Position numbers and translations under genes: made by a program | Part shown: positions 8,534 through 18,282 of the stretch, piece after piece | Layout: every line of letters begins with the position of its first letter | Numbering within the stretch: the stretch's first letter is position 1 | Origin: a virus | Taxonomy: Duplodnaviria; Caudoviricetes | IMG/VR virus record: IMGVR_UViG_3300047469_000103 | Location: 32,001-96,000 of that record | Strand: one strand, 5' to 3' | Length of the DNA stretch: 64,000 nt | Notes under the pieces: model-generated | Databases searched by the model: none | Told to the model about the DNA's origin: nothing | The model's input: the letters and a program-made list of their open reading frames with translations, nothing else

Positions 8534-8981
8534 GTTCAACCTCACGCGAACCTACGAAAATAATCGAATTCTTGAATGCAACATCGTCCGTGCGCAACGC
8601 CCGATACAGGAAAGCGTCCGTGTAGATTTGACAGCCGCAAATGTCGCCCAAATCCCCGTGTAATACTTTCTGGTAATTGGTAATCGGGTTGAGGTGTTCC
8701 ATCAATGCAGGATTGCCGATAATGTCGGCCCATGCACTATCGCGCAGCAGCATATATTTTGTGTTTTTACACAGATGCAAAAACTGCTCTACGTCGTCGT
8801 GAATGATGTTTTCACCGACCGGGATACCAATCAACAAAGCGTCGTCTTTACGCTTCATGAATTCGTTTGCAGCAATTTGCTCTGCGTCGGTGTCGATGGG
8901 AACGGAACGGCGCAGTTCTTCCGCCTGTCGATTCAAACGCATGTTGCGACCGGCGATTGTTTCTTCTGTTGTTTGATCCAT
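8526..8981 (-). CDS. protein with one capsid A-domain-like repeat
   Basis: YMLLRDSAWADIIG...HGDLGDICGCQIYTDAFL; shares YTDAFL and KNS(L/I)I with the 7808 ORF. Confidence 0.7.
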   Translation of the reverse strand: MDQTTEETIAGRNMRLNRQAEELRRSVPIDTDAEQIAANEFMKRKDDALLIGIPVGENIIHDDVEQFLHLCKNTKYMLLRDSAWADIIGNPALMEHLNPITNYQKVLHGDLGDICGCQIYTDAFLYRALRTDDVAFKNSIIFVGSREVEHV

Positions 8982-9512
8982 TTATTCCACCAAAGGGGTA
9001 AGAGGTTCCAGTGTATTCAGAAGCTTCGAAACTGGTTCGCTTATTTCATTCGGCGCAACTGGAATGTCTTCGTCTGCGCCCATTTCCCGCACAAACAATT
9101 CCATCGAAAACCAAACCGTCATGTAATAATCTTTGTCGTCTTTCCATTCGTCACCATCGCGAATGTGACGGTGCGCATCGTCGTGAACTTCTTTCCACTC
9201 GTACAGATAGCGCCCGGTTGCACCACCTGCAAACAATTTGTCGAGCATTGCGCTCATTGTTTTCTGCATGTGGTAGGCTTTCGGAATGTTCGCAGTCAGC
9301 AACTTTTTATCGAAGTTAATGAACGCAGAAAACTCCGGCATTACGTTGTCGTAAAACTGCACAATCCAACCGTCTTGTTCAAGCATTTCCTGCCATGCCC
9401 AAATGTCGTTGGTGAATTCGCCCGCATCGCCTTTAGCCTGCCAACGCTTTTTGAATTCTTCCTGCCACACACGATTTGCAGCTTCGGTAAAATCTACGAT
9501 ATTCGATTTCAT
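8982..9512 (-). CDS. hypothetical protein
   Basis: ORF abutting its neighbours. Confidence 0.75.
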   Translation of the reverse strand: MKSNIVDFTEAANRVWQEEFKKRWQAKGDAGEFTNDIWAWQEMLEQDGWIVQFYDNVMPEFSAFINFDKKLLTANIPKAYHMQKTMSAMLDKLFAGGATGRYLYEWKEVHDDAHRHIRDGDEWKDDKDYYMTVWFSMELFVREMGADEDIPVAPNEISEPVSKLLNTLEPLTPLVE

Positions 9513-9518
9513 AACGCC

Positions 9519-9899
9519 TCAGTGTTTGGTCATTGGAACAGTTGTGAAAACTTTCATCACCAGCGGTTGCGGAAAACCCGTGGCTGACTTCGGCGTCATG
9601 ACTTGACCGTCAACAAACGCCCCGCAGATATCCCCCATCGGAGTATTGCCAATGAAAAAACAATCTGTTCGGGCGTCTTCCATCTGGCCATAATCCCACA
9701 AATCAATCTGGAACCGCCGACCGTATCGCGCTGAAATTTCCTCTGCCTTTTCGTAAATGTTTGCCTGTGTGCATTGCAGCAATTCCAAGCGCACCGCATT
9801 CATTGTGTTCACATCACGAAAACGATTACCGATAACCAGCGTCAGGCCCAATGCCAAATCTGCAACGGAAAGCTGTGTAGGAAATTCCATTTTATTCAC
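9519..9899 (-). CDS. hypothetical protein
   Basis: GTGA/ATGA-type overlap with thyA. Confidence 0.7.
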   Translation of the reverse strand: MNKMEFPTQLSVADLALGLTLVIGNRFRDVNTMNAVRLELLQCTQANIYEKAEEISARYGRRFQIDLWDYGQMEDARTDCFFIGNTPMGDICGAFVDGQVMTPKSATGFPQPLVMKVFTTVPMTKH

Positions 9900-11119
9900 T
9901 TCGCGATAGGTACGTTTTTCTGAGCGTCATGGCTTTCGTAACCGACAAGGGAGAAATCCCCAACGGTGAAATCCAGAATCGACGACTGTTCAAGCGATTT
10001 GATTTGCAGCTTCGGTGCTTTGTGGATCACTGGACGGTTCATGATTTCAGCAACGAAACCCTGTTCCAAATGGTTCATGTAAATGTGCGCATCGCCAACT
10101 GTGTGATGCAGGAAACGAGCGCGCAGGCCGTGAGCTTTTGCGTACATTTCGGTAATCAGTGCGTACTGTGCGACGTTGAACGGAACGCCCAACAGGAAAT
10201 CCGCGCTGCGTTGATAGAGTTTGCAATCGAGGAATTGCAGACCGTTTTCGTCACGCTTTTGCGACACGTACCATTGCGCCATTGTGTGGCAAGGTGGCAG
10301 ACTCATTTCGTCAAGCTGCGCAACGTTCCAGCCGGTCAGAATAATGCGGCGAGAATCCGAACGGTTTTTGATGGCTTTTTCAACGTCCATCACTTGGTCA
10401 ATTTCACGCTTAATTACAACGTGTGTTTTTCGCGGGCTGTCCTGTATACGATCATCGTATTCAAAGTAATCAACAACGTCGAAGCCTCGGTCTGCATACG
10501 CTTTCCAGTTCGCTATCCAATCTTTGATATCGACGATGCGAACGTCTTCCCATGCCCGCCATTGTTTGCCATAAATCGGCCCCAGCGCACCGTCAATCAA
10601 TTCCTCTTCTTTAATGCCCCAGTTATTCAGCTTGGCGTTAAAGGCGTCTTCATATTCGGTCGAAGACAAACCTTTGATTGCGCGCAGTTCTTCACGGAAC
10701 GCGTCGAAAGATTCCTTTTGTTTTTCCGTCAGCAAACCGAGGCGTTCCTCCACGCACAGTTCGCGATAGATTTCGGTGCCGGGAATTACGTTCTGATCCC
10801 AAATGCGCACACCTTTTTCTTTCAACGTTTTCAAATCGCATTTGCCTTGCAGCATCCAATCAATCGTTTCGACTTTCATGGTTTGGAATGCGAGACGTTT
10901 CAACGATGTGGCCGGATACGCACGGCGCAAATCAATCTTGTGGCCGATATCACCGAACGCCGACATGGTACGAACGCCAGTACGGTCGGTGCGTTCCTCG
11001 CCTTCACTCAGGATGTAACGAATGTTATCTTTGTACTGAAAATCGAATTCGTTTTCCGCGTATGCAACCTCTTCAACCTCATTCGGTGATTCACCTTCAG
11101 TACGGAAATAATCGTTCAT
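9896..11119 (-). CDS. thyA: thymidylate synthase with two insertions
   Basis: DRTGVRT, LGPIYGKQWR, SRRIILTGWN, LPPCH, YQRSADFLLGVPFN and GDAHIY motifs. Confidence 0.97.
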   Translation of the reverse strand: MNDYFRTEGESPNEVEEVAYAENEFDFQYKDNIRYILSEGEERTDRTGVRTMSAFGDIGHKIDLRRAYPATSLKRLAFQTMKVETIDWMLQGKCDLKTLKEKGVRIWDQNVIPGTEIYRELCVEERLGLLTEKQKESFDAFREELRAIKGLSSTEYEDAFNAKLNNWGIKEEELIDGALGPIYGKQWRAWEDVRIVDIKDWIANWKAYADRGFDVVDYFEYDDRIQDSPRKTHVVIKREIDQVMDVEKAIKNRSDSRRIILTGWNVAQLDEMSLPPCHTMAQWYVSQKRDENGLQFLDCKLYQRSADFLLGVPFNVAQYALITEMYAKAHGLRARFLHHTVGDAHIYMNHLEQGFVAEIMNRPVIHKAPKLQIKSLEQSSILDFTVGDFSLVGYESHDAQKNVPIAK

Positions 11120-11136
11120 TTAAACCTCTGTGCAGG

Positions 11137-11155
11137 GTAATTTAATGGTATGACT
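11137..11155 (+). promoter_or_regulatory. putative late-promoter motif GTAATTTAATGGTATGACT
   Basis: Lies at the divergent junction upstream of the baseplate operon; near-identical to 1023. Confidence 0.55.
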
Positions 11156-11189
11156 TACACACCTTATTTACAGTATTGGAGAGCGTATC

Positions 11190-11483
11190 ATGGGCCAACC
11201 AAACATCCGGCTTAGCGTAGACCAAACCACCGGCCACGGCTGCTGGCCTCCTACTTTGCCTGTTGTTGCTTCAATGAATGTTTTCTGTAACGGAAAAGCA
11301 GAAGTGCGCGTAGGCGATTCCTACATGACGCACTGTTGCCCATCGAAAGGTTGTCACAGCGGCAAAGCATTAACCGGTGCAGTAAAAACATTTACCAATA
11401 AACGATTGGTTCATACGGCTGGCGGTTCCATTGATTGTGGCGACTTTGCCAGCAACGGTTCGCCAAACGTTTTTTCGGGGTGA
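11190..11483 (+). CDS. PAAR-like spike tip protein (T4 gp5.4-like)
   Basis: TGHGCWPP, NVFCNGK...RVGD...HCC, IDCGDFASNGSPNVF. Confidence 0.88.
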   Translation: MGQPNIRLSVDQTTGHGCWPPTLPVVASMNVFCNGKAEVRVGDSYMTHCCPSKGCHSGKALTGAVKTFTNKRLVHTAGGSIDCGDFASNGSPNVFSG

Positions 11484-11486
11484 TTC

Positions 11487-11876
11487 ATGGCAGAAGTAAA
11501 AACATACACGTATTCCGATATCAGTTTGTACGCGGGCATTACCCAAAACGCTCTGGTATTTGACGAAGACAGCATTAACCAAAACATTCTGCTGATTCTC
11601 ATGACGCCTATTCGGTCGGCGTGGTTTAACCCGACTATTGGTTGCATGGTCATGGAATATCTGTTCGATCCTTTGGATGCTTTTACTGCACAGAAAATCC
11701 GTAGCGAGATTATGAATGTGTTGCCTCGTAACCTCGAAACGCGTGTGCAGATTACCGGCGTCGATGTGATTCCCGATTTCGATAACCAAAACTATTACAT
11801 CAGCATTCAATACAACGTTCCAAGTATGGATGCGAGTAAAATTGTCTTTAACTTCAACTTGGCGCGCGTACAATGA
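11487..11876 (+). CDS. baseplate wedge protein (gp25/GPW-like)
   Basis: SINQNILLILMTPIRSAWFNPTIGC...LFDP...ETRVQI pattern; position next to PAAR. Confidence 0.88.
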   Translation: MAEVKTYTYSDISLYAGITQNALVFDEDSINQNILLILMTPIRSAWFNPTIGCMVMEYLFDPLDAFTAQKIRSEIMNVLPRNLETRVQITGVDVIPDFDNQNYYISIQYNVPSMDASKIVFNFNLARVQ

Positions 11877-13333
11877 CAACTGATCGTGACACTTTCCCGA
11901 TTGCAATTACGGATATTGACGAAGCTGCTCAATATTTTGCAGAAAAACTCAGAGAGGAAGGCACGTGGGATGACATGTTGCCGACCAACGTTGGCGCTTT
12001 TATTCAACGTATTTATGCGGGTATGGCTGTCGGCCACCAGCACAGCATTTTGATGACTGCCCGAAATGCTTATTTGAATACCGCAAAACGTGACAGTGCA
12101 ATCTTTGCAATTACGCGTGACCTCGGGGTTTATGTCGAGCGCCGTAGTAGCGCAGGCACCACTGCACTAATGACAAACGCGTATCCAAATACCATGTTTG
12201 TTACACCGTATTCGCAGCACCGTGTCGGCAATGTGAAGTTCTACAACCCGACACAATACTACGTCATTTCCGGCATGACTCAATCGGTCGAATTGCTGCA
12301 AGGTGAAGTGCGTACAAAAGAATTCGATTTGGATGCAATTCTGAATCTGTCACTGTACGAATTCCTTTTGGAAGAACCGGGCTTTAACGTAACGCGTGAC
12401 CTGTTGGTTTATACCACCGACAAAAACACTGGCAACGTAACCAATTGGACAGCCGCTGAAAACGGAATGTTCGAATATGCCGCCGATGATCGCGTGTTCT
12501 TCCACAGCACCACTGCAAGCGGTGACGCATCGCTGACATTTGGTGATGGTGAATACGGCGCGCAATTGCCGAAGAAAAGCACGCTGACAATTCGTTATAT
12601 TTATTCTGAAGGCAGTAAGCACAACGCAATGCTGCCGGGTGTGAAAACTGTCTACAACGATTTCCCGATGGTTGCCGGTGAAACTACCGAAACAACTACG
12701 GGCGGCGCTGATCCAAAAGACGCGACCTACTATCGCCGTTATGCGCCGATTGCTTATCGGTCGAAAAAGAAGAAGATTTCCAAGGAAGATATTGAAGGCG
12801 CAATTCGTGGTTATCCGGGCGTAGCTGATTGCGTGGTTCTCGGTCAACGGGATATCGCACCAGAAGATAAAACGTGGATGAACACAATGCGCGTTTGTAT
12901 TTTGCCGCTGAATACCGATACATGGGGCGGTGCAAATCCAAACCCTAAATCGGCAAGCTGGCAGAACTTCCTGACGTGGTTGGAACCGCAATTACATGAC
13001 CGTCTGGAAACTCAGACATGGAACGCCACAAAAGTATTTGTGTCTGTTCACGTAAACATCGCGATTTTCGAGTGGGCAGCAGACCGCGCAACGATTATTC
13101 GGAATACGATCAACGAAAACATTCTGAAGCTTTTCCAGAAACGTGCAGGCATTCTTAAACGCCGCGTTTCCAAGTCGGACATTGAAAAAGCTTGCCGGAT
13201 TGATGGCGTCGATTATATCGAAGTTATTTCTCCATCAGAACGTTCTGTCGTGCTGGACGATCCTACTTCCTATTGCGTTCTGGCTGAAGCGCCGCTGATT
13301 GATATGGTTATTTCGGAGCGTGTCGATGAATAA
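11873..13333 (+). CDS. baseplate wedge protein (gp6/baseplate J-like)
   Basis: AYLNTAKRDSA, LTFGDGEYG, LTIRYIYSEG, GGADP motifs. Confidence 0.85.
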   Translation: MTTDRDTFPIAITDIDEAAQYFAEKLREEGTWDDMLPTNVGAFIQRIYAGMAVGHQHSILMTARNAYLNTAKRDSAIFAITRDLGVYVERRSSAGTTALMTNAYPNTMFVTPYSQHRVGNVKFYNPTQYYVISGMTQSVELLQGEVRTKEFDLDAILNLSLYEFLLEEPGFNVTRDLLVYTTDKNTGNVTNWTAAENGMFEYAADDRVFFHSTTASGDASLTFGDGEYGAQLPKKSTLTIRYIYSEGSKHNAMLPGVKTVYNDFPMVAGETTETTTGGADPKDATYYRRYAPIAYRSKKKKISKEDIEGAIRGYPGVADCVVLGQRDIAPEDKTWMNTMRVCILPLNTDTWGGANPNPKSASWQNFLTWLEPQLHDRLETQTWNATKVFVSVHVNIAIFEWAADRATIIRNTINENILKLFQKRAGILKRRVSKSDIEKACRIDGVDYIEVISPSERSVVLDDPTSYCVLAEAPLIDMVISERVDE

Positions 13334-16300
13334 GATTGACTTTAGCGAATTGGACGTAGAGTTCATTCGCCAAGAACCTTTGTGGGGCAGTTTCCTTGAT
13401 GCCCTGCAAGAATTCTACACCGATCAAGTGCGGAATCCGTTGCAACAATTGCGAGAAATTCGCGACCTGAAAGCAACGACAAGTCTGGTTTTTATTAAGC
13501 AGGCTTTGAGCGATATGGGCATCACGATTCCGCCTGATATGATCGTGAATCCTGAGCGCCTTTATAATTCCGTTTACATGATCCCATTGCTGCACCGGGT
13601 AACTGGATTGGAAAGCGCTTATCGGGCAATCTCCTACATCCTCGGTCGGCGCGTTCGTGTGTATGATTTGTACACGGAAGATTACGTTTCTTTTTACGAA
13701 GAACCTTATGGCGCTCTGCGGATTGATGGCGGCACGTGGTACAAAGCCACGCACATTAATCTGGAAATGCAAAAGGTCGGTTCCGATTCGAATATCCATT
13801 TGCCTTCAGGCACAACGCTGAAAGATCGTTTTCTTTCGGCGTTTTTTACGTTGGCCCCGATTAACATTGTAATTGACCAGTTCTTTTTCAGCATTGAAGT
13901 TGAGAACCGCGAAGACTTCTGTATTCAGGGCGTTGTTTATCGGCAGCCTGTACGCCGTCTGATTTGCGATGTGGATTACAGTCTGGATACCGCCGTATTT
14001 GCCATTGAAGGGCCGGACGAAGTTGAAAACGGTAGCCTTGCTGATTATCGCCTCATGGCAAATCATCAGGAATTCGTTTCGACCGAATGGTCAAGCAGCG
14101 ATAACGCCCACGTACAAATCAAAGACGGCCACGTTTCTTTTAGCGGCTTTGAGCAGGATTCGCTCGTTACATTGACTGCGGTAATTCGCGGACAAACAGT
14201 TACGAAAAACGTCACTGTTAAAATGGGCATGATCGACGTGCGCATGCTGGAAATCATTGGGCCGGATACCATTCTGTCCACGACTTCCGGTGACTATTAC
14301 GTGGTCGCCTATCACAGTGAAGGCAGCACCGAAATTAATGCGGATATTAAAGTCGTAAGTCCGTATGCGTATTTCAGCGGCAATACTCTGCACGGGCGCA
14401 ATCTGCTGGGCGATCAAACCGTGGGCATTACCGTTTCGATTAAAATCGGCGGGATTAAATACAGCGCATCGAAATTGGTGAAGCTGAAATACGTTGATCC
14501 AAACGTTTATTTGGTCGGCCTGAATATCAGCGGTGAAGATCGTTTGAAGGAAGGCAGCGCACACCAGTTTTATTCCACTGCTTTCTTTTCCGATGGCAGC
14601 AGCACCGATGTTTTGTCGTTGTGGGATGCCACTTCGCCAGCCGTAGTGATCGACAATGGTTTGGCTTCGACCACATTGGTTAACGGCGAAACAGCAGTGC
14701 AATTAAGTGCGCAATATGGTTTCCGAAATCAGGTAATCACCGCTGTGCATGATGTGGTTGTTTATCCGGCATTCCTTACGCTGGCATCATTGACAATCAT
14801 GGGGCCGACACAAGTTGAAGAACTGGTAAAAGCCACATATTCCTGTCTCGCTGTAATGTCCGATGGCTCTTCCACAATCGTGACGCCTAAATGGTTCACG
14901 ACTGAATTCAGCATTTCTGAAAACGGTGTGTTGGATACCGGCATTGTGAAAGATATGCTGGACGTGGAAATTCGTGCGACCTATAACGGCATTACGCAAA
15001 AGCTGAATATTACCGTTGCGCGTCCGGCTGTTGCATTGCAATCGCTGTTGGTACAGGGCCAAGGCAGTATCCGCGAAGGTTCCATTAATTCGTACATGGC
15101 CTATGCGCAATATTCAAACGGAAATGTTCTGCCAATTAAACCTGAATGGAGTCTCGCGCAGGAATACGACTGGGCGACATTCGTTGATGGGGAATTGTTG
15201 GTTGAATCGCCACAAGAAAGCACCGTTGCAGTTAAAGCGACCTACGCATTAAACGGCGCCACTTATGTGCAGACAAAAACCGTTGTTTGTATTTCCGCTT
15301 CGAATAACATCACTGGCCTGCTGATTACCGGGGCCAATGAAGTCGATGCTTTGGAACGGATTATTTTGACTGCAACCGCGACCTATGAAGACGGTAGTTT
15401 CCAAACCGTGCATCCGCAGTGGGAAGTTTATACAGAAGACAGTAATGCGACTTTTGTTGCTGCTGACATTGCAGGTTATGGCGTTGTTACCGGGCGAAAT
15501 GTTGACGAAGACATGCGGGTAATTGTGCGCGCTACCTACTTTCAGGAAACCGCCGAATATCCAATCACTGTGCGTTACGTTGCGCAGAAAGGCCCGGACG
15601 TTCCCGTTAGTTCGCGCATCATTGGTAATCCGGTTATTTATTCCACGCAAGTTGCATCCTTTGCCCAAGCAATTCTTTTCAAACAATGCACGTCTGAATT
15701 GCTGGTGTCTTCTGATTGGACTGTCGATAACCCGAATATTGTTGTCGATGAAAACGGCTTTGTTACCTGCAAACTGAATGCCGATATGACATTCACAATC
15801 TCGGCCACGTGGTCGTGCGGCGGTTACACGGTTGTTGATTCATTAGTGGTTACGGTTATTCCTGTTGATGCGCTTTATATCGGCCTTGGAATTACCGGTA
15901 ATGACGTAATTTCCATCGGCGTTAAAGAAGCATACGCAGCGGAAGCCTACACCGATGAAACTGGAATCATTGTTGGTAAAGGCGTCCCGGTAAACGCTGA
16001 ATGGACTGTGCTTTCTGATAGTCTGAATATTCAGGTATTTCCATCTGGGCAATTGCGTTTAACCGGCGCCGTGGTTAATCAAACAATCACCCTTGCTGCG
16101 CGATACGCTTTCGAAAACACCGCAGTAGAAGGCACGACAACAATTCGTGTACTTGGCAGCGGCCCGATTTACTGCACCGGCAATGCACTCGACGTAAACA
16201 TTTCCACGCTGTTTTCCAAAGGCATTATGATTATTGAGGAAGCATTCCGCGATGATTTTACCGGATATGGATTCATGCTTGTGCCTACTGTGTTTGGTAC

Positions 16301-16475
16301 TGTGCATTTCTTCGATGTAGAAACCGGCGTTGAAGGTGGATGGGTTGGCGTTGATGGTTCTCCGACTCCAACAATTCACAAAGAAATGCAAGGCGGTATC
16401 GAAGTAAGCTGGTACGTCTACCGAACTATCGGCCATGATATGGGGCAAAAATCCTACAGGATTACTTATTCATGA
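13326..16475 (+). CDS. baseplate wedge (gp7/tail-I-like N-terminus) with about eight Ig-like repeats
   Basis: Start MNKIDF overlaps the gp6 stop; repeats beginning I-x-G-P/x-D-x-V and containing W-S/T. Confidence 0.75.
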   Translation: MNKIDFSELDVEFIRQEPLWGSFLDALQEFYTDQVRNPLQQLREIRDLKATTSLVFIKQALSDMGITIPPDMIVNPERLYNSVYMIPLLHRVTGLESAYRAISYILGRRVRVYDLYTEDYVSFYEEPYGALRIDGGTWYKATHINLEMQKVGSDSNIHLPSGTTLKDRFLSAFFTLAPINIVIDQFFFSIEVENREDFCIQGVVYRQPVRRLICDVDYSLDTAVFAIEGPDEVENGSLADYRLMANHQEFVSTEWSSSDNAHVQIKDGHVSFSGFEQDSLVTLTAVIRGQTVTKNVTVKMGMIDVRMLEIIGPDTILSTTSGDYYVVAYHSEGSTEINADIKVVSPYAYFSGNTLHGRNLLGDQTVGITVSIKIGGIKYSASKLVKLKYVDPNVYLVGLNISGEDRLKEGSAHQFYSTAFFSDGSSTDVLSLWDATSPAVVIDNGLASTTLVNGETAVQLSAQYGFRNQVITAVHDVVVYPAFLTLASLTIMGPTQVEELVKATYSCLAVMSDGSSTIVTPKWFTTEFSISENGVLDTGIVKDMLDVEIRATYNGITQKLNITVARPAVALQSLLVQGQGSIREGSINSYMAYAQYSNGNVLPIKPEWSLAQEYDWATFVDGELLVESPQESTVAVKATYALNGATYVQTKTVVCISASNNITGLLITGANEVDALERIILTATATYEDGSFQTVHPQWEVYTEDSNATFVAADIAGYGVVTGRNVDEDMRVIVRATYFQETAEYPITVRYVAQKGPDVPVSSRIIGNPVIYSTQVASFAQAILFKQCTSELLVSSDWTVDNPNIVVDENGFVTCKLNADMTFTISATWSCGGYTVVDSLVVTVIPVDALYIGLGITGNDVISIGVKEAYAAEAYTDETGIIVGKGVPVNAEWTVLSDSLNIQVFPSGQLRLTGAVVNQTITLAARYAFENTAVEGTTTIRVLGSGPIYCTGNALDVNISTLFSKGIMIIEEAFRDDFTGYGFMLVPTVFGTVHFFDVETGVEGGWVGVDGSPTPTIHKEMQGGIEVSWYVYRTIGHDMGQKSYRITYS

Positions 16476-17983
16476 TTGCAATCACACCAAATCTACGGTT
16501 CGTAAAACCGCTGACTAAATATACGGAAAAACGCATTCGTATGTTCGGGCGCCAGCGGTTCGCGGACACGTATACAAAAAGCGGATCGAATCAAAAGGTT
16601 ATTGTTCTGCCGTGGATTCCCGACAGCGCAGATAACCTAGAGATTTATCTGGATAGCGTGCGGCTGATCGACAATTATTCGGTCAGTGGTGCAACCGTTA
16701 CATTGAACACCGCAATGAATGGGCGACTGGAATTCATTTCCGATAAAGTCTTCCCTGATATGGCCGAGAAATGGTTGGAATTGCCGATTAATAATCTGCT
16801 GCATTCCGACGATACGGCAAACACTGCATACGGTACGGATCGACGCGAAGGCCCGCAAGTTGCCACGCACGCCAAACCGCTTTGCATTACTCAAGGGGCG
16901 ATTGGTTTCTGTCGTCCCGGCCCTGACAATGACACGCTGCTTTATTGTTCGTATTACGGAATGTTCGGGCGCGATTCTGTGACGTTTGCAATTAAAACGG
17001 ACATGGGACAACTCAGCGATTATCGTTGCATTGACATTCGTGTTCGTGACCCGAATTACATTCCCGAGATTCGTTTGTGTGCAGTGTCTGCTGTAGCCAA
17101 ACCGATTAAAGCGAATAACGCGGTTGTCGATATCGTTCCGAATGGCAATTACCAGATTTACGGGGCGATTAGTACCGGCCAAGGAATCCAATTACCGAAC
17201 AAACTCACTGACGATGAATTGACTGAATATCATTTCATTGTGCAGGGTAAAGATGAAAACGGTGATTGGTTTGAATTGACCGAATACTTTGACCCGGATG
17301 AATACACGCTAACGGTGCCGACGAATAACGAGGATTTCGCAATCAGTTATGTGGGTACATCGGAACTGTTTGGATTCGATAATGCGGTTCGCATTTCGCT
17401 GACTGCCAAAAAGAATACACAAACACCGTTGACCATTAAACTGCGTGCGAATAATCGCGATTTGTTTACCTGCAATATATTCAGTTCGGGCGTGCATGAT
17501 ACCCAAGACCTTGTGCGTTCGGTTGTGCCGGGTTACACAATGGTATTGAATCGCAATCCTGACGGTCTGACATTCCCACCTGATCCAGATAACAATCCAG
17601 AAATTGATGATGATTTCAGCCTCTGGCAATTGCGGGGTGAATGGATTTCCGGTTCGGGCGTAGAACTTACGACTGAATACACGACGCCGTATTTCGAAAC
17701 CCGAAATGTCCAAGCGGTAATCAACGCAGCGGTTTCCGTTCCGTTTGCTTTGTATGATCCAATAACGCAACTCTTTCAGGAAACTGAATGGGATGTTTCG
17801 ATCAATATTAATGGCAGCTTTAAAACCGTTGAAGGCGGCGAAAGCGTAGTGACAGTTGATCCTGATTCGGAAATTCAATTGACTGCACCGGGCTTCTTCT
17901 GGTCGTCGCCTAGCGAATATTCTCCGATGTATAAAGGTGATGGAACTATGTTCTATTATCGTAATCATTGGCGTATTTTGTAA
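16472..17983 (+). CDS. virion structural protein (baseplate region)
   Basis: Coupled ORF; N-terminal repeat type shared with the 18283 ORF. Confidence 0.7.
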   Translation: MIAITPNLRFVKPLTKYTEKRIRMFGRQRFADTYTKSGSNQKVIVLPWIPDSADNLEIYLDSVRLIDNYSVSGATVTLNTAMNGRLEFISDKVFPDMAEKWLELPINNLLHSDDTANTAYGTDRREGPQVATHAKPLCITQGAIGFCRPGPDNDTLLYCSYYGMFGRDSVTFAIKTDMGQLSDYRCIDIRVRDPNYIPEIRLCAVSAVAKPIKANNAVVDIVPNGNYQIYGAISTGQGIQLPNKLTDDELTEYHFIVQGKDENGDWFELTEYFDPDEYTLTVPTNNEDFAISYVGTSELFGFDNAVRISLTAKKNTQTPLTIKLRANNRDLFTCNIFSSGVHDTQDLVRSVVPGYTMVLNRNPDGLTFPPDPDNNPEIDDDFSLWQLRGEWISGSGVELTTEYTTPYFETRNVQAVINAAVSVPFALYDPITQLFQETEWDVSININGSFKTVEGGESVVTVDPDSEIQLTAPGFFWSSPSEYSPMYKGDGTMFYYRNHWRIL

Positions 17984-17988
17984 TTTAA
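17980..17988 (+). promoter_or_regulatory. putative late-promoter motif, followed by a GCAA-loop hairpin
   Basis: GTAATTTAACGGTAATGAC, then CGGCATCT-GCAA-AGGTGCCG. Confidence 0.45.
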
Positions 17989-18042
17989 CGGTAATGACAA
18001 CGGCATCTGCAAAGGTGCCGCTTTACTATTTGAGAGGGAATC

Positions 18043-18270
18043 ATGCGCGAAATCGTCAATCCATTCAATGTGAAAGAAAAAGCAAAGCCGGAATTGGCGA
18101 CCGCATCCGCTGAAAAGTCGGAACAGGAAATTGCTACGGCTTCGGCTCTTTCAAACGTCAATCCTTCCATGTGTCCGAAATGCGGTGGCAAGATGGGTAC
18201 TGCATTTCTCTACAATCGCAAGCCGGTTTATTACTGCGATGTAGATCGTGTGACGCACCCGCAGGCATAA
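18043..18270 (+). CDS. small zinc-ribbon protein
   Basis: CPKC...YCDVDRVTHP; GAGGG RBS. Confidence 0.75.
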   Translation: MREIVNPFNVKEKAKPELATASAEKSEQEIATASALSNVNPSMCPKCGGKMGTAFLYNRKPVYYCDVDRVTHPQA

Positions 18271-18282
18271 GGGAAATAAAAA

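Noticed and set aside
10380-10820. thyA insertions as intein or group I intron
   Set aside because: Frame is uninterrupted; no Cys/Ser...His-Asn splice motifs or homing-endonuclease signature
9929-11089. 386-aa plus-strand ORF; similar long antisense ORFs at 1829, 8694, 26914, 34057, 36582, 37654 and 57395
   Set aside because: Codon-aligned shadows opposite well-supported genes
9896-11119. ThyA as a dCMP hydroxymethylase (modified-base pathway)
   Set aside because: The dUMP-specifying Asn in PFNVA is intact and DHFR is linked, so it is a canonical thymidylate synthase
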